Assembly (NCBI GenBank): GCA_964344885.1
Contig: CAYFOW010000001.1
Span: 15,278 to 79,277 of the forward strand
Source of the DNA: an uncultured Candidatus Nitrosopelagicus sp.
GTDB lineage: Archaea > Thermoproteota > Nitrososphaeria > Nitrososphaerales > Nitrosopumilaceae
Direction: 5' to 3'
DNA length: 64,000 bases
The translations under genes and the position numbers were made by a program. Under the pieces are notes generated by a model. It made no database searches. It was not told the origin of the DNA and saw only the letters and a program-made list of their open reading frames with translations. Below, piece after piece: positions 27,909-37,845 of the stretch (position 1 is its first letter; every line of letters starts with the position of its first letter).

Positions 27909-28280
27909 TTAACAGATTTTTTCAACTGACCAGTTTTCGTTTACCCATATACCGTTTACAGATGCAGGTAAATTCCAAGTTTTGATTATATCAACTGATT
28001 TTTTAATATGATCAATATGTTCTTCTTTAGTTACAGGATTTCCAAGACAATCATGATGACCAGATAAAATGATAGATTTTGATTTGTGTCCATTAACTGA
28101 TATTAGAATTTTAGGTTTTAATCTAGTAATCATGTTGGGATCATCTAACATGGCCTTATCTGAGCCAGGCTCAGATATCATATCAATAAAATCAACAGAA
28201 TAGTTTTTTTTAATCCAGTCAGTTATAGGCAATTGAACTCGTCCATCAATACAGTTTATCGAAGTACCAAATGTCCCCAT
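27909..28280 (-). CDS. Carbonic anhydrase (small beta-like)
   Basis: NCIDGR and HHDC Zn ligands. Confidence 0.8.
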   Translation of the reverse strand: MGTFGTSINCIDGRVQLPITDWIKKNYSVDFIDMISEPGSDKAMLDDPNMITRLKPKILISVNGHKSKSIILSGHHDCLGNPVTKEEHIDHIKKSVDIIKTWNLPASVNGIWVNENWSVEKIC

Positions 28281-28362
28281 ACAATTAGTTCAGGAACACA
28301 TATCAAATTTAAGTTATGTTTAGCCAATGCTTTAAATTATTATGAACTCAGGTGTTTAGCAA

Positions 28363-28438
28363 GCTCCTGTGGTGTAGTCCGGCCAAGCATACTGCCCTCT
28401 CAAGGCAGTGATCCCGGGTTCAAATCCCGGCGGGAGCA
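28363..28438 (+). tRNA. tRNA-Glu(CTC)
   Basis: Acceptor GCTCCTG/CGGGAGC, anticodon arm CTGCC-CTCTCAA-GGCAG, T-loop TTCAAAT; TTTAAA about 30 bp upstream. Confidence 0.95.
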
Positions 28439-28492
28439 CTTTTAATTTTTCATCTTTCAAATGGAGTTTTCTTAAATATCTAAAGAAGTTAT

Positions 28493-29161
28493 TTGAAAAC
28501 AATGGCATTACGAGATTTACCATTAAGACAACAATATAGATCAGATAAAGATAATGTTGTAACAGAGTTTTTTATCCCGTGTTTAACTAATTGTATAAGA
28601 TATGACAGGACAATTGAATATATTTCAGTAAAAAGCCTATTTACATTATCATCAGGAATAGAAAATATTCAACATGATGCGGCAAAGATTAGATTAATTT
28701 CAGGACATAGATTTAGAACATCAGATCTTAATGTCTTAAAGAATCTATTTGAGCAGAATGATTCAAAGAAAATGTATAATGGAAATTTGATTAGAAATAA
28801 TAAAATCGACATGTTAAAAGAAACTATCCAAAATCATAGATTAGAAGTAAAAATTGCAATTCCAAATTCTGAAGAAATTGATGGATCATTTCGTGAGAGA
28901 ATTGGGATTTTTTATGACAAAAATGATGATTCAGTGGCATTTACTGGAACATCTAATGAGACATTTGATAGTGAAAATAGGAATTTTGAATCAGTCGATG
29001 TGTTTACATCATGGGATGATAAAAAGAGAATAGAAAATAAGATAAATGATTTTGAGAATCTGTGGCAAAATAAAACAAAATATGTGCAAGTATTTGATTT
29101 TGAATATGCCGAGCAGAAAAATCTCTTAAAATATTCTACAGAGTGGGCACTTGATATTTAG
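28493..29161 (+). CDS. Stand-alone PLD-like (HKD) nuclease-fold protein with degenerate active site
   Basis: YRSD.D....F.IPCL...YDR, RERIGIFYD, VAFTGTSNET, NFESVDVF.SW. Confidence 0.7.
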   Translation: MKTMALRDLPLRQQYRSDKDNVVTEFFIPCLTNCIRYDRTIEYISVKSLFTLSSGIENIQHDAAKIRLISGHRFRTSDLNVLKNLFEQNDSKKMYNGNLIRNNKIDMLKETIQNHRLEVKIAIPNSEEIDGSFRERIGIFYDKNDDSVAFTGTSNETFDSENRNFESVDVFTSWDDKKRIENKINDFENLWQNKTKYVQVFDFEYAEQKNLLKYSTEWALDI

Positions 29162-29733
29162 AAATCAAAATCTTTCATTTCCATTTTAGGAATGTTTTCA
29201 TCAAATTCCATCTTTGATGTTTTATAGTAGATTACTTCACCACGTCGTTCAATTACAGCAGTGATAGGCTCTTTTCCCATCTTAGTGATTTCATAGATCT
29301 TTTTTTGAAAATTCCCAATTTTTTCTTGTTTTCCTTCATTTAAAGCAAAGATAAGATACTTTGAACCCTTCTCGCCAAAATCACCCTTATCATATACTCT
29401 AAAATCAGAGCCAAAACCAAAACCATCCTTGGCAGTATAACCTCTAGTTCGAAGATCACGGTAAATTAGAAATTTTGTCAAAATGTCATCATCAGAGATT
29501 TTATACATTTCAAGCAAGGCATTAAAATCAACGATTTTCTTTCCTTTTCGTATAGTCAGCTTATTTGTATACACAAGATATAATGATTCAAAAGGTTTGA
29601 GAATGTATAGATCTTTTTCTAATTCCCCATACCCACGTAGTTCTAGATCGTGAATGCTTCCAGGCTCAGATATTATAACCTGATTTTTTAACAATATTCC
29701 TTGAAGTGCAATTCCAGTATCATCACTCATCAT
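29158..29733 (-). CDS. endA: tRNA splicing endonuclease subunit
   Basis: IYRDLR.RGY..K.GFGFGSDFRVY, A..E..G.V.YY; ATG at 29733 preferred. Confidence 0.85.
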   Translation of the reverse strand: MMSDDTGIALQGILLKNQVIISEPGSIHDLELRGYGELEKDLYILKPFESLYLVYTNKLTIRKGKKIVDFNALLEMYKISDDDILTKFLIYRDLRTRGYTAKDGFGFGSDFRVYDKGDFGEKGSKYLIFALNEGKQEKIGNFQKKIYEITKMGKEPITAVIERRGEVIYYKTSKMEFDENIPKMEMKDFDF

Positions 29734-29809
29734 TTGAGTCAAAGAGAAGATTGCAATATAAGAAATGTGAAGGCTAACCGTTAAAATATGGGAAAACATG
29801 AATTTTTTC

Positions 29810-30310
29810 ATGCACGGTGAATGCTATAGACGTGGAAATGGACAGCCATATACAAGAAAAGAGTACATCAAAGGCAAACCTCAAACCAAGATTGCCAAAT
29901 ATCATGGAGGCAAACGCGGAAATTATGAGTATAAAGTAGAGCTTTTGATAAATGAGAAAATTCAGATCAGGCATATGGCTATCGAATCAACAAGATTAGC
30001 AGCAAACAAAACTTTAGAAAAGACGACAGGTGAGACGGGTTATTTTTCTAAATTGCGAATTTACCCACATATTCTATTGCGTGAAAATAAAATGATTGCA
30101 GCTGCAGGTGCAGATAGACTTCAGGAAGGAATGAGAAGAGCATTTGGTAAAGCAGTTAGTTTGGCTGCACGTGTAGATAGAGGTCAATGCATCATGGAGA
30201 TGAATGTGGACAAACAACACGTTGATGCAGCAAGTAAAGCACTAAGAGGTGCATGTGTCAAATTGCCAGGCACCCCATCAATTAGAGTTACTCCAAATAA
30301 AACATCATAG
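29810..30310 (+). CDS. rpl10e: 50S ribosomal protein L10e/uL16
   Basis: YPHILLRENK...GADRLQEGMRRAFGK. Confidence 0.96.
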   Translation: MHGECYRRGNGQPYTRKEYIKGKPQTKIAKYHGGKRGNYEYKVELLINEKIQIRHMAIESTRLAANKTLEKTTGETGYFSKLRIYPHILLRENKMIAAAGADRLQEGMRRAFGKAVSLAARVDRGQCIMEMNVDKQHVDAASKALRGACVKLPGTPSIRVTPNKTS

Positions 30311-30574
30311 TTATAGTCTTTGTAAAATTTGTTTTTTGTATGAATTTACTAAATCTGCAAATTCAGTAAATTCATCTTTTGTAGGCATTCTGTTCAGAAT
30401 TCTTTTGTGTTGATAAAAATAAGAATTGTATATTCGTCCAACTATTAATCCAAAACAAAAAGATTGTGAATTAAATTCGTCAGAAAGCGAATTATCAATT
30501 GTCTTTACTTCATCTAAATTATCAAGTGTTTCAGTAAGTTTCTGCTCAATTTTTTCTTTAATTTTATTATCCAT
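30311..30574 (-). CDS. Hypothetical protein
   Basis: 87-aa ORF; GRIYNSYFYQ..RIL.R.PT..EF.EF. Confidence 0.7.
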   Translation of the reverse strand: MDNKIKEKIEQKLTETLDNLDEVKTIDNSLSDEFNSQSFCFGLIVGRIYNSYFYQHKRILNRMPTKDEFTEFADLVNSYKKQILQRL

Positions 30575-30656
30575 AGTATAGTTTCTCCAAATGAAATAAA
30601 AAATTATTGTAAAAGAGCAGTAGGCTTTAATATGCTAAGCCTAAATTAATGATTGA

Positions 30657-30730
30657 GCAGTCATAGTACAGTTTGGTTAATATGTAAGCTTGCCAAGTTT
30701 ATGACCCGGGTTCAAATCCCGGTGACTGCA
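30657..30730 (+). tRNA. tRNA-Gly(GCC)
   Basis: Acceptor GCAGTCA/TGACTGC, loop TTGCCAA, T-arm CCGGG-TTCAAAT-CCCGG, followed by CCA. Confidence 0.92.
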
Positions 30731-30782
30731 CCATCTTTTTTGATAAAATTAGTTTTATAGAAACAATTTAAAAAAAAATACA

Positions 30783-30869
30783 ATGTATGATGTGTGGACA
30801 CTTGTTATACTAGGAGGAATTGTTGCAGTAATTTCAGGATATTTAATTTTAAAAAGAATTAAAGAATAA
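30783..30869 (+). CDS. 28-aa single-TM micropeptide
   Basis: Manual ORF MYDVWTLVILGGIVAVISGYLILKRIKE. Confidence 0.4.
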   Translation: MYDVWTLVILGGIVAVISGYLILKRIKE

Positions 30870-30892
30870 GAATGAAAATAATTTAAAAAATG

Positions 30893-31384
30893 TCACATAC
30901 CAAGATTTCGTTTTAGTTTTTCAGAAAAAGAGAGTTTCCTAGGAGGAGGTGGAGTAGAGGATGAAGATAGTCCCTTGTTAATCATGTCAAGTGCAGTACG
31001 TGCACGTTCAGGTTTAGGTAGTTGTACCATGAAAATTTTATCTTTACTTACTTCAGTTTGTGAAGGGGGCGATAGTGCAAGCATCGTTGTATTTGCAAGG
31101 CATTCAAAAAACTTTAGAGACTCGTTTGCATATAATAAGAATTTTTCATGAATGTCACCGTAAGAAAAATCTAATTTTACTTCAACAAAGACATGTCCAA
31201 GACCATCTTGCAATATATTCAAATTTGTATTAACAGACACAGGTTTTCCTTGAATTTTGGTCATTATTTCATCAAATCGTCTATCAGATAAAGTGATGCA
31301 AGGAACTTCTTTCCCATCAAAATTGTAGACAGATGTATTTGGATAAACCTGTTCAAGCATTTTTTTTAATTCATCTTCAGGCAT
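30893..31384 (-). CDS. Hypothetical protein
   Basis: 163-aa ORF. Confidence 0.7.
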   Translation of the reverse strand: MPEDELKKMLEQVYPNTSVYNFDGKEVPCITLSDRRFDEIMTKIQGKPVSVNTNLNILQDGLGHVFVEVKLDFSYGDIHEKFLLYANESLKFFECLANTTMLALSPPSQTEVSKDKIFMVQLPKPERARTALDMINKGLSSSSTPPPPRKLSFSEKLKRNLGM

Positions 31385-31390
31385 GAATAA

Positions 31391-32686
31391 TCATTTTTTC
31401 AGTGCAGGTATAATTTTGTCGCCTAGTTTTATCAAAAATGGGGAGATAAATGCAGTAATTATTGTAATCATACCAATTAGAGGGAACAAGAAAGCGCTGA
31501 CGACACCGACGTCTACACCTACTTTTACAATCACAATTGAGAATTCTCCACGTGGTGCAGATAATGCAAATGCAGAACGTAATGATTTTTTTGTGTTTTG
31601 TCGAAATGCAAAATTACCTAACAAATTACCACCAAATTTCATTCCTATAGCAACTGCAATTAGAGCAATTGCAATGAAGATGTAATTTTCAAGTTGGCTA
31701 ACATCCATTAATGCACCAACTGAAACAAAGAAGATTGCAACAAACATATCTTTTATTGGACTTGATAAAATTTTAGATACCTCAGCAGATTTTGATTCAG
31801 CTACAATTACACCTGCAAGGAATGCACCAATGGCAACGGACAAACCTACAATGTTTGCAAGTAGGGCATAACCAAAACATACACCAAGCACACTAAGTAG
31901 TAATATTTCACGATTCTCTGCACTTGCAACTCTATCAATTAGAGGAGGAATAACACGAATTCCGATTGTTAATGTACCAACAATTAGTCCAGCTGCAACT
32001 GCAGCAACCATTACCACACTTTCAATAGATACAGTTCCAACAAGTGCAATTGATTCAAGAGATGCAATTAAGATTACAGCAATTACATCTTCTACAATTA
32101 ATATCCCAAGTACAAGAATTGAGGACTCTTTTTTTATTTTTCCAGTTTCTTCAAATATCTTTACTATTATGGCAGTACTACTAATGGACATGGCTGCAGA
32201 GATGAATAATGCATCCATGAAATTTAATCCCAAAGAAGTGGCAGCAAAGAATACTACACCCAATGTAAGAAACAAACCCAGAGTTCCAGTTCCAATTGCA
32301 ACTTTTCCTATGGAACGAATTTTTGCAAATGGAAATTCTATTCCTATTACAAAAAGCAATAAAATCACGCCTATTTCTGCAAACAGGTTTAATGCAGATA
32401 TATCAGATAATATCCCAATTCCAGAAATCTTTTCGGTACCACCGTTTTCAGGTAAAAGCGAGGTCCATAGTGGGGATAAAGGGCCAATTAACATCCCAGC
32501 AAAAAGATATCCAATTATCAGTGGTTGACGTATTTTAAAAAAAGCCAGAGTTACTATTGCAGCAAGAATCATAATTATTGCCAAATCAGTTACAAATGTA
32601 TCATGAGGCATTTGTAATGGATTAATTTTTTCTACAAGTGCAGAAATCCCAATTGTGTTTTGGGATTGTAAAAAAAAGTCTTGCAC
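31391..32686 (-). CDS. Cation:proton antiporter (CPA2/KefB-like)
   Basis: IIGYLFAGMLIGP, AEIGVILLLF.IG.EF, SSTAII.K, EDV, PRGEFSIVI. Confidence 0.92.
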   Translation of the reverse strand: MQDFFLQSQNTIGISALVEKINPLQMPHDTFVTDLAIIMILAAIVTLAFFKIRQPLIIGYLFAGMLIGPLSPLWTSLLPENGGTEKISGIGILSDISALNLFAEIGVILLLFVIGIEFPFAKIRSIGKVAIGTGTLGLFLTLGVVFFAATSLGLNFMDALFISAAMSISSTAIIVKIFEETGKIKKESSILVLGILIVEDVIAVILIASLESIALVGTVSIESVVMVAAVAAGLIVGTLTIGIRVIPPLIDRVASAENREILLLSVLGVCFGYALLANIVGLSVAIGAFLAGVIVAESKSAEVSKILSSPIKDMFVAIFFVSVGALMDVSQLENYIFIAIALIAVAIGMKFGGNLLGNFAFRQNTKKSLRSAFALSAPRGEFSIVIVKVGVDVGVVSAFLFPLIGMITIITAFISPFLIKLGDKIIPALKK

Positions 32687-32927
32687 ACATACAAAGAGAG
32701 TCGATATCTAAAAACAGTTACTGTAATATGTTATCATTTGTCTAATGATTTTGTATAGTTCAAAATTTTTATCAGAATATCTTTATTGTTTAATTAGAAA
32801 TTAAAGAAATCTGGGATGATGATCAGAGTGACGGATAATTATGAAGAAATAATCTCTGGGGTATCTGACCAGAAAAATTATTTCATAATAACCAGTTAAT
32901 TAATAGTACCGTACTATACCGTAATAT

Positions 32928-33032
32928 ATGAAATGTCAGTTTTGTACAAGAAACTTCATTGAAAATATGAATGGGTTAGCTGAAAAAACATTCCATGAAT
33001 TATTGCATGAGCCAGAAATGGTCAATCAATAA
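32928..33032 (+). CDS. 34-aa C2H2-like zinc-finger microprotein
   Basis: Manual ORF MKCQFCTRNFIENMNGLAEKTFHELLHEPEMVNQ. Confidence 0.55.
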   Translation: MKCQFCTRNFIENMNGLAEKTFHELLHEPEMVNQ

Positions 33033-33087
33033 TATCAATATTTTTCTTAATTTTTACAACGAACTTTTTTAACGATTTTTTTATCAT

Positions 33088-34683
33088 ATGTACATGGCAA
33101 AGGCTGCAAGAAAGACAAAAAATCCAAAAACAAAGGCAGTCAAGGCAGTAAAGAAGGTAGCAAAAAAAGCAGTCAAGAAAGAAAAGACTCCAACTACTAG
33201 CTCATTACTAAAAAAAGTAGCCACAGTATCAGATACAACAAAAACAATTTCAAAAGAGATGAAGAGTATGTCAAAAATCTTTGTCGAGAATCAAAAGGTA
33301 CTGGTATCAATGAAAAAAATGATTGATACATTAAGTGATACCATGGAGCAAATGCAAAAACAATCAAGGCAGATAAAAATTTTAGAAGACGACACAGAGA
33401 AATTGTTTTCAGGATTAAGTAAAGTGAGAACACAATCAGGCATAACAGAAAAAATTAATCAACAGACAATGAAATTGCAAGAACAAATTGACAAGATTGC
33501 AAATGAACAAAAAAATCTTCCAGATTCAAATGATATAATTGAAAAAGTATCAGAATCATTTGAGTCAATCAGAAATAACTCGAAAATGATAATGAAAATT
33601 GCAGATAGAGTGGAGAATGTAAAAGATGATTTGAAAAAAGTATCCGTAGAAACGAAAAGATCATCAGAGGCAATATCAGATATATCAAAGATCAAAGAAG
33701 ATATCAATTCAATTTCAAATAGGGCTAAAAAAATTGGAGAATTAGATAGAACGATTTCATCGATTAAAGAAGAGATAGAGAATGTGTCAACAAAGGCAAA
33801 ACCAATAGAGAATCTTAACACACAGATAGGATTTATGAAAAATGACATTGAGGCAATATCAGAGAGGGCAGTTAAAATTGACGAATTAGGTGTGGGGGTA
33901 AAGAGTTTAAAAAATGATTTAGAAAATATGACAACGAAGGCAAATCAGATTTCAAACATATCTACTCAGGTAGATTTTGTAAAAAATGACATTGAGGCAA
34001 TATCAGAGAGGGCAGTCAATCTAGGAACAGAGATAACTAATTTAAGAGAAAAAATAGGTGATTTTTCAACAAAAAGAGAATCAAAGGAGTTTTTAGAAAA
34101 TTTTGAGAAGATGAATTCTCATTTTGTTAATTTAAAAAATGAAGTGGGACAAAACAAGAATTTGTTAAATGAAAAAATCTCAGATATATCAGAGACATTA
34201 AAAAGAGCAGATTCTACCACATCAGAATTTCATAAAAAAACAGACAGAGTTATTCAAGAATTACAAAATGTTAAAAAAATCTCAGATAAGACTTCAGATA
34301 CAAACTCAAAAGAAGTAATGGGTTTACTAAAGCTTTCAGAGTATCAATCAAATATCAGAATGCAAGCTGAATCAAAATATGGCACACTAGAAGATATTGA
34401 AAAAATGGCTCAACAAACTACATACATCGTAAATCTTTTTGATAGACTATCAATTGAGACAGAACAAAAAATTGCATTACCATATGAAGTTAGACAATGG
34501 GCTGTTGGAAAGATTTTAGATTGTGCAGACAGATGGGAAGTACGATTCACAGATGTATTTGACAGATTGATAACAAATTTGGGCAGAAACCTGTTAAAAG
34601 AATCAATAAGAATTCAACAGGTAAGAGAGATTTTTGGTATCAGAGCAGTAGACGAGATTAAAAATGAATTAGGATTGAGTTAG
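33088..34683 (+). CDS. Long coiled-coil protein with Lys/Ala-rich N-tail and 24-aa repeats
   Basis: KAVKAVKKVAKKAVKK; repeats of the KNDIEAISERAV type. Confidence 0.8.
   Translation: MYMAKAARKTKNPKTKAVKAVKKVAKKAVKKEKTPTTSSLLKKVATVSDTTKTISKEMKSMSKIFVENQKVLVSMKKMIDTLSDTMEQMQKQSRQIKILEDDTEKLFSGLSKVRTQSGITEKINQQTMKLQEQIDKIANEQKNLPDSNDIIEKVSESFESIRNNSKMIMKIADRVENVKDDLKKVSVETKRSSEAISDISKIKEDINSISNRAKKIGELDRTISSIKEEIENVSTKAKPIENLNTQIGFMKNDIEAISERAVKIDELGVGVKSLKNDLENMTTKANQISNISTQVDFVKNDIEAISERAVNLGTEITNLREKIGDFSTKRESKEFLENFEKMNSHFVNLKNEVGQNKNLLNEKISDISETLKRADSTTSEFHKKTDRVIQELQNVKKISDKTSDTNSKEVMGLLKLSEYQSNIRMQAESKYGTLEDIEKMAQQTTYIVNLFDRLSIETEQKIALPYEVRQWAVGKILDCADRWEVRFTDVFDRLITNLGRNLLKESIRIQQVREIFGIRAVDEIKNELGLS
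33838..34016 (+). repeat. 35-bp exact intragenic repeat (33838-33872, 33982-34016)
   Basis: AAAAATGACATTGAGGCAATATCAGAGAGGGCAGT, 144-bp period. Confidence 0.85.
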
Positions 34684-36689
34684 ACACCTGATTCTAATTG
34701 CATACTTTCTTTTTTCTTCTTTAAAATTGCAAATATTCCAAGAATTGCAGCAATCCAGACACAGCTAAGTATTACATTAGATATACTGACATACATGTAA
34801 GGAATTACATCAATGAGATTATCTTGTATTGCTATTGCACGAGAGCTCAAATCCAACATACCGGTATGATATGCTGAGCTATCTTTTGGGACTGCGCTGA
34901 TTTTTTGAGCGCTTGCAGCCATTACATCAAGATCTTGTTGAATACGAGCAAAATTAGTCGTATCAGTTGGGAATATCCACACAGGGTTTCCTTCTTTTGG
35001 AATATTGTCTTGTATGGTACGGATATCAATCAGAATTGAATTGGGATCAGAAGAGGCCTGTATTCTTGATAAAAGACCATTTGATATATCAATTGGATAA
35101 ATATCACTCTCATAACCAGTGTATGCAAAGTAGACTCCTACAACAATAATAGCAAGAATTCCCAGCATTGCAAGTTTGTAAGTTATTCCAGCCATCTTTT
35201 CATCTCTAGTTTTAATATGCTCAGACTCAGACTTGTCTCTTTTATATCTTGTATGAGATATGCTAAGAAATGCAATATACAAAAATCCAACTGTCTGCAA
35301 TGCTATTATTGGTACAAAAATAGGGTGGCTAGAAAATATTGCAATAAAGATTGCCATTATACCATATATGCCAAAGAAAAATTCCAGCAGAGTAGTTTTT
35401 GTAAATGGTAGATTGTATGCCTTATCACGCCAATCATCAGAATTTTTTACTATACCATATTTTGGAGTACGTAAAAATTCATTTTTCTTTCCCAGCATTG
35501 CATCAAATACAGCAACAGAGTTGTTTACAGACATACCAATAGAATAGACTAGCAAATACGGAAGAGACTTTGCCTTGTCTTTCCAATTTTTATTATACAT
35601 TTTTTGGATGACTAAAACATATGCACCTGGACCTAATGCAAGATACATTATCAAGGTCAATGCAGGAAGAAAACTTACAACATACAAGTTAACTTGGGAT
35701 GCAATCAAGATTGGTAAAGTAAGAAATTGAACAAGCATTAAAGGAAATACAATATGTCTAGTCAGTTGGATAAATGCTTGAAGTTTTGTATCAAATGCAA
35801 CTTTACGTTTTACCATAATATCAGTGACAAGTTTAATTGCACACTGGATTGATCCCTTTGCCCAACGAAATTGCTGTCTTTTTGCACCATTCATTTGAAC
35901 TGGTAATTCTGCATCAACTACAATATCAGGGATAAAGGTACATTTCCAGCCTTTCATTTGTGCACGATAACTCAAGTCAAGATCCTCTACAAGGGTAGCA
36001 GTATGCCATCCTCCTGCATCATCAATGCATTCTTTTCTCCAAATTCCAGCAGTGCCATTGAAATTCATAAAAAGATGTGAATCGCTTTTTGCTTTTTGTT
36101 CTACTAGAAAATGAAAGTCTAGATTTAGTGCTTGTGCTTGAGTTAGAGAGGAATAGTTTTCATTGACATGACCCCATCTACATTGAACTAGGCCTGTTTT
36201 AGGAGTTGCAAAGTATGGAATTGCACGACGCAAAAACCAAGTGGGTGGGATAAAGTCTGCATCAAAAATTGCAACAAGTTCACTGGTTGTAGTTTTCATT
36301 GCATGTTTTAGCGCACCTGCCTTGTATCCTGCACGAGTGCCACGGCGTACATGAATTATATCAAATCCGTTTTTTTTGTGTGAATCAATTAAAGAAGATA
36401 GTTTTTCAGTCGTATCATCATCAGAATCATCAAGTACCATAATCTTCATTTTTTCTTTGGGATAATCCATAGCACATACGGCATTGATTAGACGACTTGC
36501 AACATATTTCTCATTATAGATTGGTAATTGAACTGTGATTGTAGGCTCACCAATTGCAACCATAGATTGTACTTCTTTTCTTCTACTTGACAAAAATGCC
36601 AGATAGTAAAAGTTGCATGTATAAGCTAAGACAAGCATTGCAGAAAATATGAATATGTCAAAGATGAATTGCATAAATGAGTTAATCAT
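34680..36689 (-). CDS. GT2 processive glycosyltransferase (cellulose-synthase-like)
   Basis: DDSDD, KAG, DAD, ED, QQFRW motif; multiple TM helices. Confidence 0.92.
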   Translation of the reverse strand: MINSFMQFIFDIFIFSAMLVLAYTCNFYYLAFLSSRRKEVQSMVAIGEPTITVQLPIYNEKYVASRLINAVCAMDYPKEKMKIMVLDDSDDDTTEKLSSLIDSHKKNGFDIIHVRRGTRAGYKAGALKHAMKTTTSELVAIFDADFIPPTWFLRRAIPYFATPKTGLVQCRWGHVNENYSSLTQAQALNLDFHFLVEQKAKSDSHLFMNFNGTAGIWRKECIDDAGGWHTATLVEDLDLSYRAQMKGWKCTFIPDIVVDAELPVQMNGAKRQQFRWAKGSIQCAIKLVTDIMVKRKVAFDTKLQAFIQLTRHIVFPLMLVQFLTLPILIASQVNLYVVSFLPALTLIMYLALGPGAYVLVIQKMYNKNWKDKAKSLPYLLVYSIGMSVNNSVAVFDAMLGKKNEFLRTPKYGIVKNSDDWRDKAYNLPFTKTTLLEFFFGIYGIMAIFIAIFSSHPIFVPIIALQTVGFLYIAFLSISHTRYKRDKSESEHIKTRDEKMAGITYKLAMLGILAIIVVGVYFAYTGYESDIYPIDISNGLLSRIQASSDPNSILIDIRTIQDNIPKEGNPVWIFPTDTTNFARIQQDLDVMAASAQKISAVPKDSSAYHTGMLDLSSRAIAIQDNLIDVIPYMYVSISNVILSCVWIAAILGIFAILKKKKESMQLESGV

Positions 36690-36761
36690 GACACATGTTT
36701 GTGCGATAGTATTCTCTATTTATAGTTGCAAAATGCAAATTGAAAAAATTTGGTAAAAAAA

Positions 36762-37721
36762 CTAACTTTTCTCAAAAATTTTGATTGCCACAGGAGGACA
36801 TGCACTCTCACATGCCAAGCAGTTGATACAATCAGCCTCACCAGACATCAAAGGTTTTTTCTCAGATGCGGGATGCCCAGGAGTATCAAACCATTCGTAA
36901 ACGCCTACAGGGCACGCATCAATACATGCACCATCAGCAATACAAATATCATAATCAACTGAAACAAATTCACCCCATACACCTAGTCGTGCATTATCAG
37001 TTCCAACACGACCCCAGGTTTTAATTTTATTTCCATCACCAGTAGTAAATGGAGATGAAGGACGCATGTGAGATTTGTATTCAACGTCAATTGGACCAGG
37101 TTTTGGACCATCAAATGCTTCACCTACAGGACCTGCACCTGCATCATCTTGTGCTTGTTCTTCTACTTCTGCAACAGGTAAAATCTTTGCATCAGGTACA
37201 ATTTGAGCAAGAGGAGTCATTTCTTCTAGTCTTATTTCGGCTGCCTCTACTGGAATTTTTTCAGATTTTGCTATTTGTTCAGTCATTTTGTCAGCAAGAA
37301 TGGTATTTCGTAGAATAGAATCAATCATCATCTTTGCAAAGTGATCTGCCTTTTTTCTATAATCTTTAACCCAGTTTGGATCACCAAATTTTTCAATTGG
37401 GAAAATTTGGTAGATTATATCAACAACTTCTCCAGTAACAATTTCAACAGTTACGCTAAGTTCGACTTCTTCATATTTATCATCATCAGGATCAGGTAGG
37501 TTTTGCTCTTTCCATTTGTAGGTAGCATAGATTCTGTCAGCATATCTATCCATCTCAAATATTTTTTTTAGACCATCATGAATTGCCTTAATTTCAGCAG
37601 GCTCTTCTAAGGTGATAGGTAATCGAAATAATCCTAACTTAAAACCATGTAAAGGATATGTACCACGTTTTGGCGTAGTTGCTTCTCTAGAATATACACT
37701 ATCTTTTAGTAAAAGTGACAT
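36762..37721 (-). CDS. Ferredoxin with large N-terminal domain
   Basis: C-terminal CIADGACIDACP and CINCLACESACP. Confidence 0.85.
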   Translation of the reverse strand: MSLLLKDSVYSREATTPKRGTYPLHGFKLGLFRLPITLEEPAEIKAIHDGLKKIFEMDRYADRIYATYKWKEQNLPDPDDDKYEEVELSVTVEIVTGEVVDIIYQIFPIEKFGDPNWVKDYRKKADHFAKMMIDSILRNTILADKMTEQIAKSEKIPVEAAEIRLEEMTPLAQIVPDAKILPVAEVEEQAQDDAGAGPVGEAFDGPKPGPIDVEYKSHMRPSSPFTTGDGNKIKTWGRVGTDNARLGVWGEFVSVDYDICIADGACIDACPVGVYEWFDTPGHPASEKKPLMSGEADCINCLACESACPPVAIKIFEKS

Positions 37722-37845
37722 TTAGAATACATTCTTGAGTTTTATATTAAAATCTTATCAAATTGAATATAAAGGAAATTTACAGTTAATGAGAAAAATG
37801 ACATTATAGATAGTATTAAAAAATCAAATGGTAAAGAGATAGTAA

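Noticed and set aside
28363-30730. Integrated element between tRNA-Glu and tRNA-Gly
   Set aside because: No integrase and no duplicated tRNA 3' end seen; the region contains core genes (endA, rpl10e).
33088-34683. Calling the coiled-coil protein SMC or a methyl-accepting chemotaxis protein
   Set aside because: No Walker A/B motifs, hinge, TM helices or MCP hairpin signature.
36762-37721. Large ferredoxin fusion, also cofE and korAB, as novelties
   Set aside because: These are expected gene content in ammonia-oxidising archaea.
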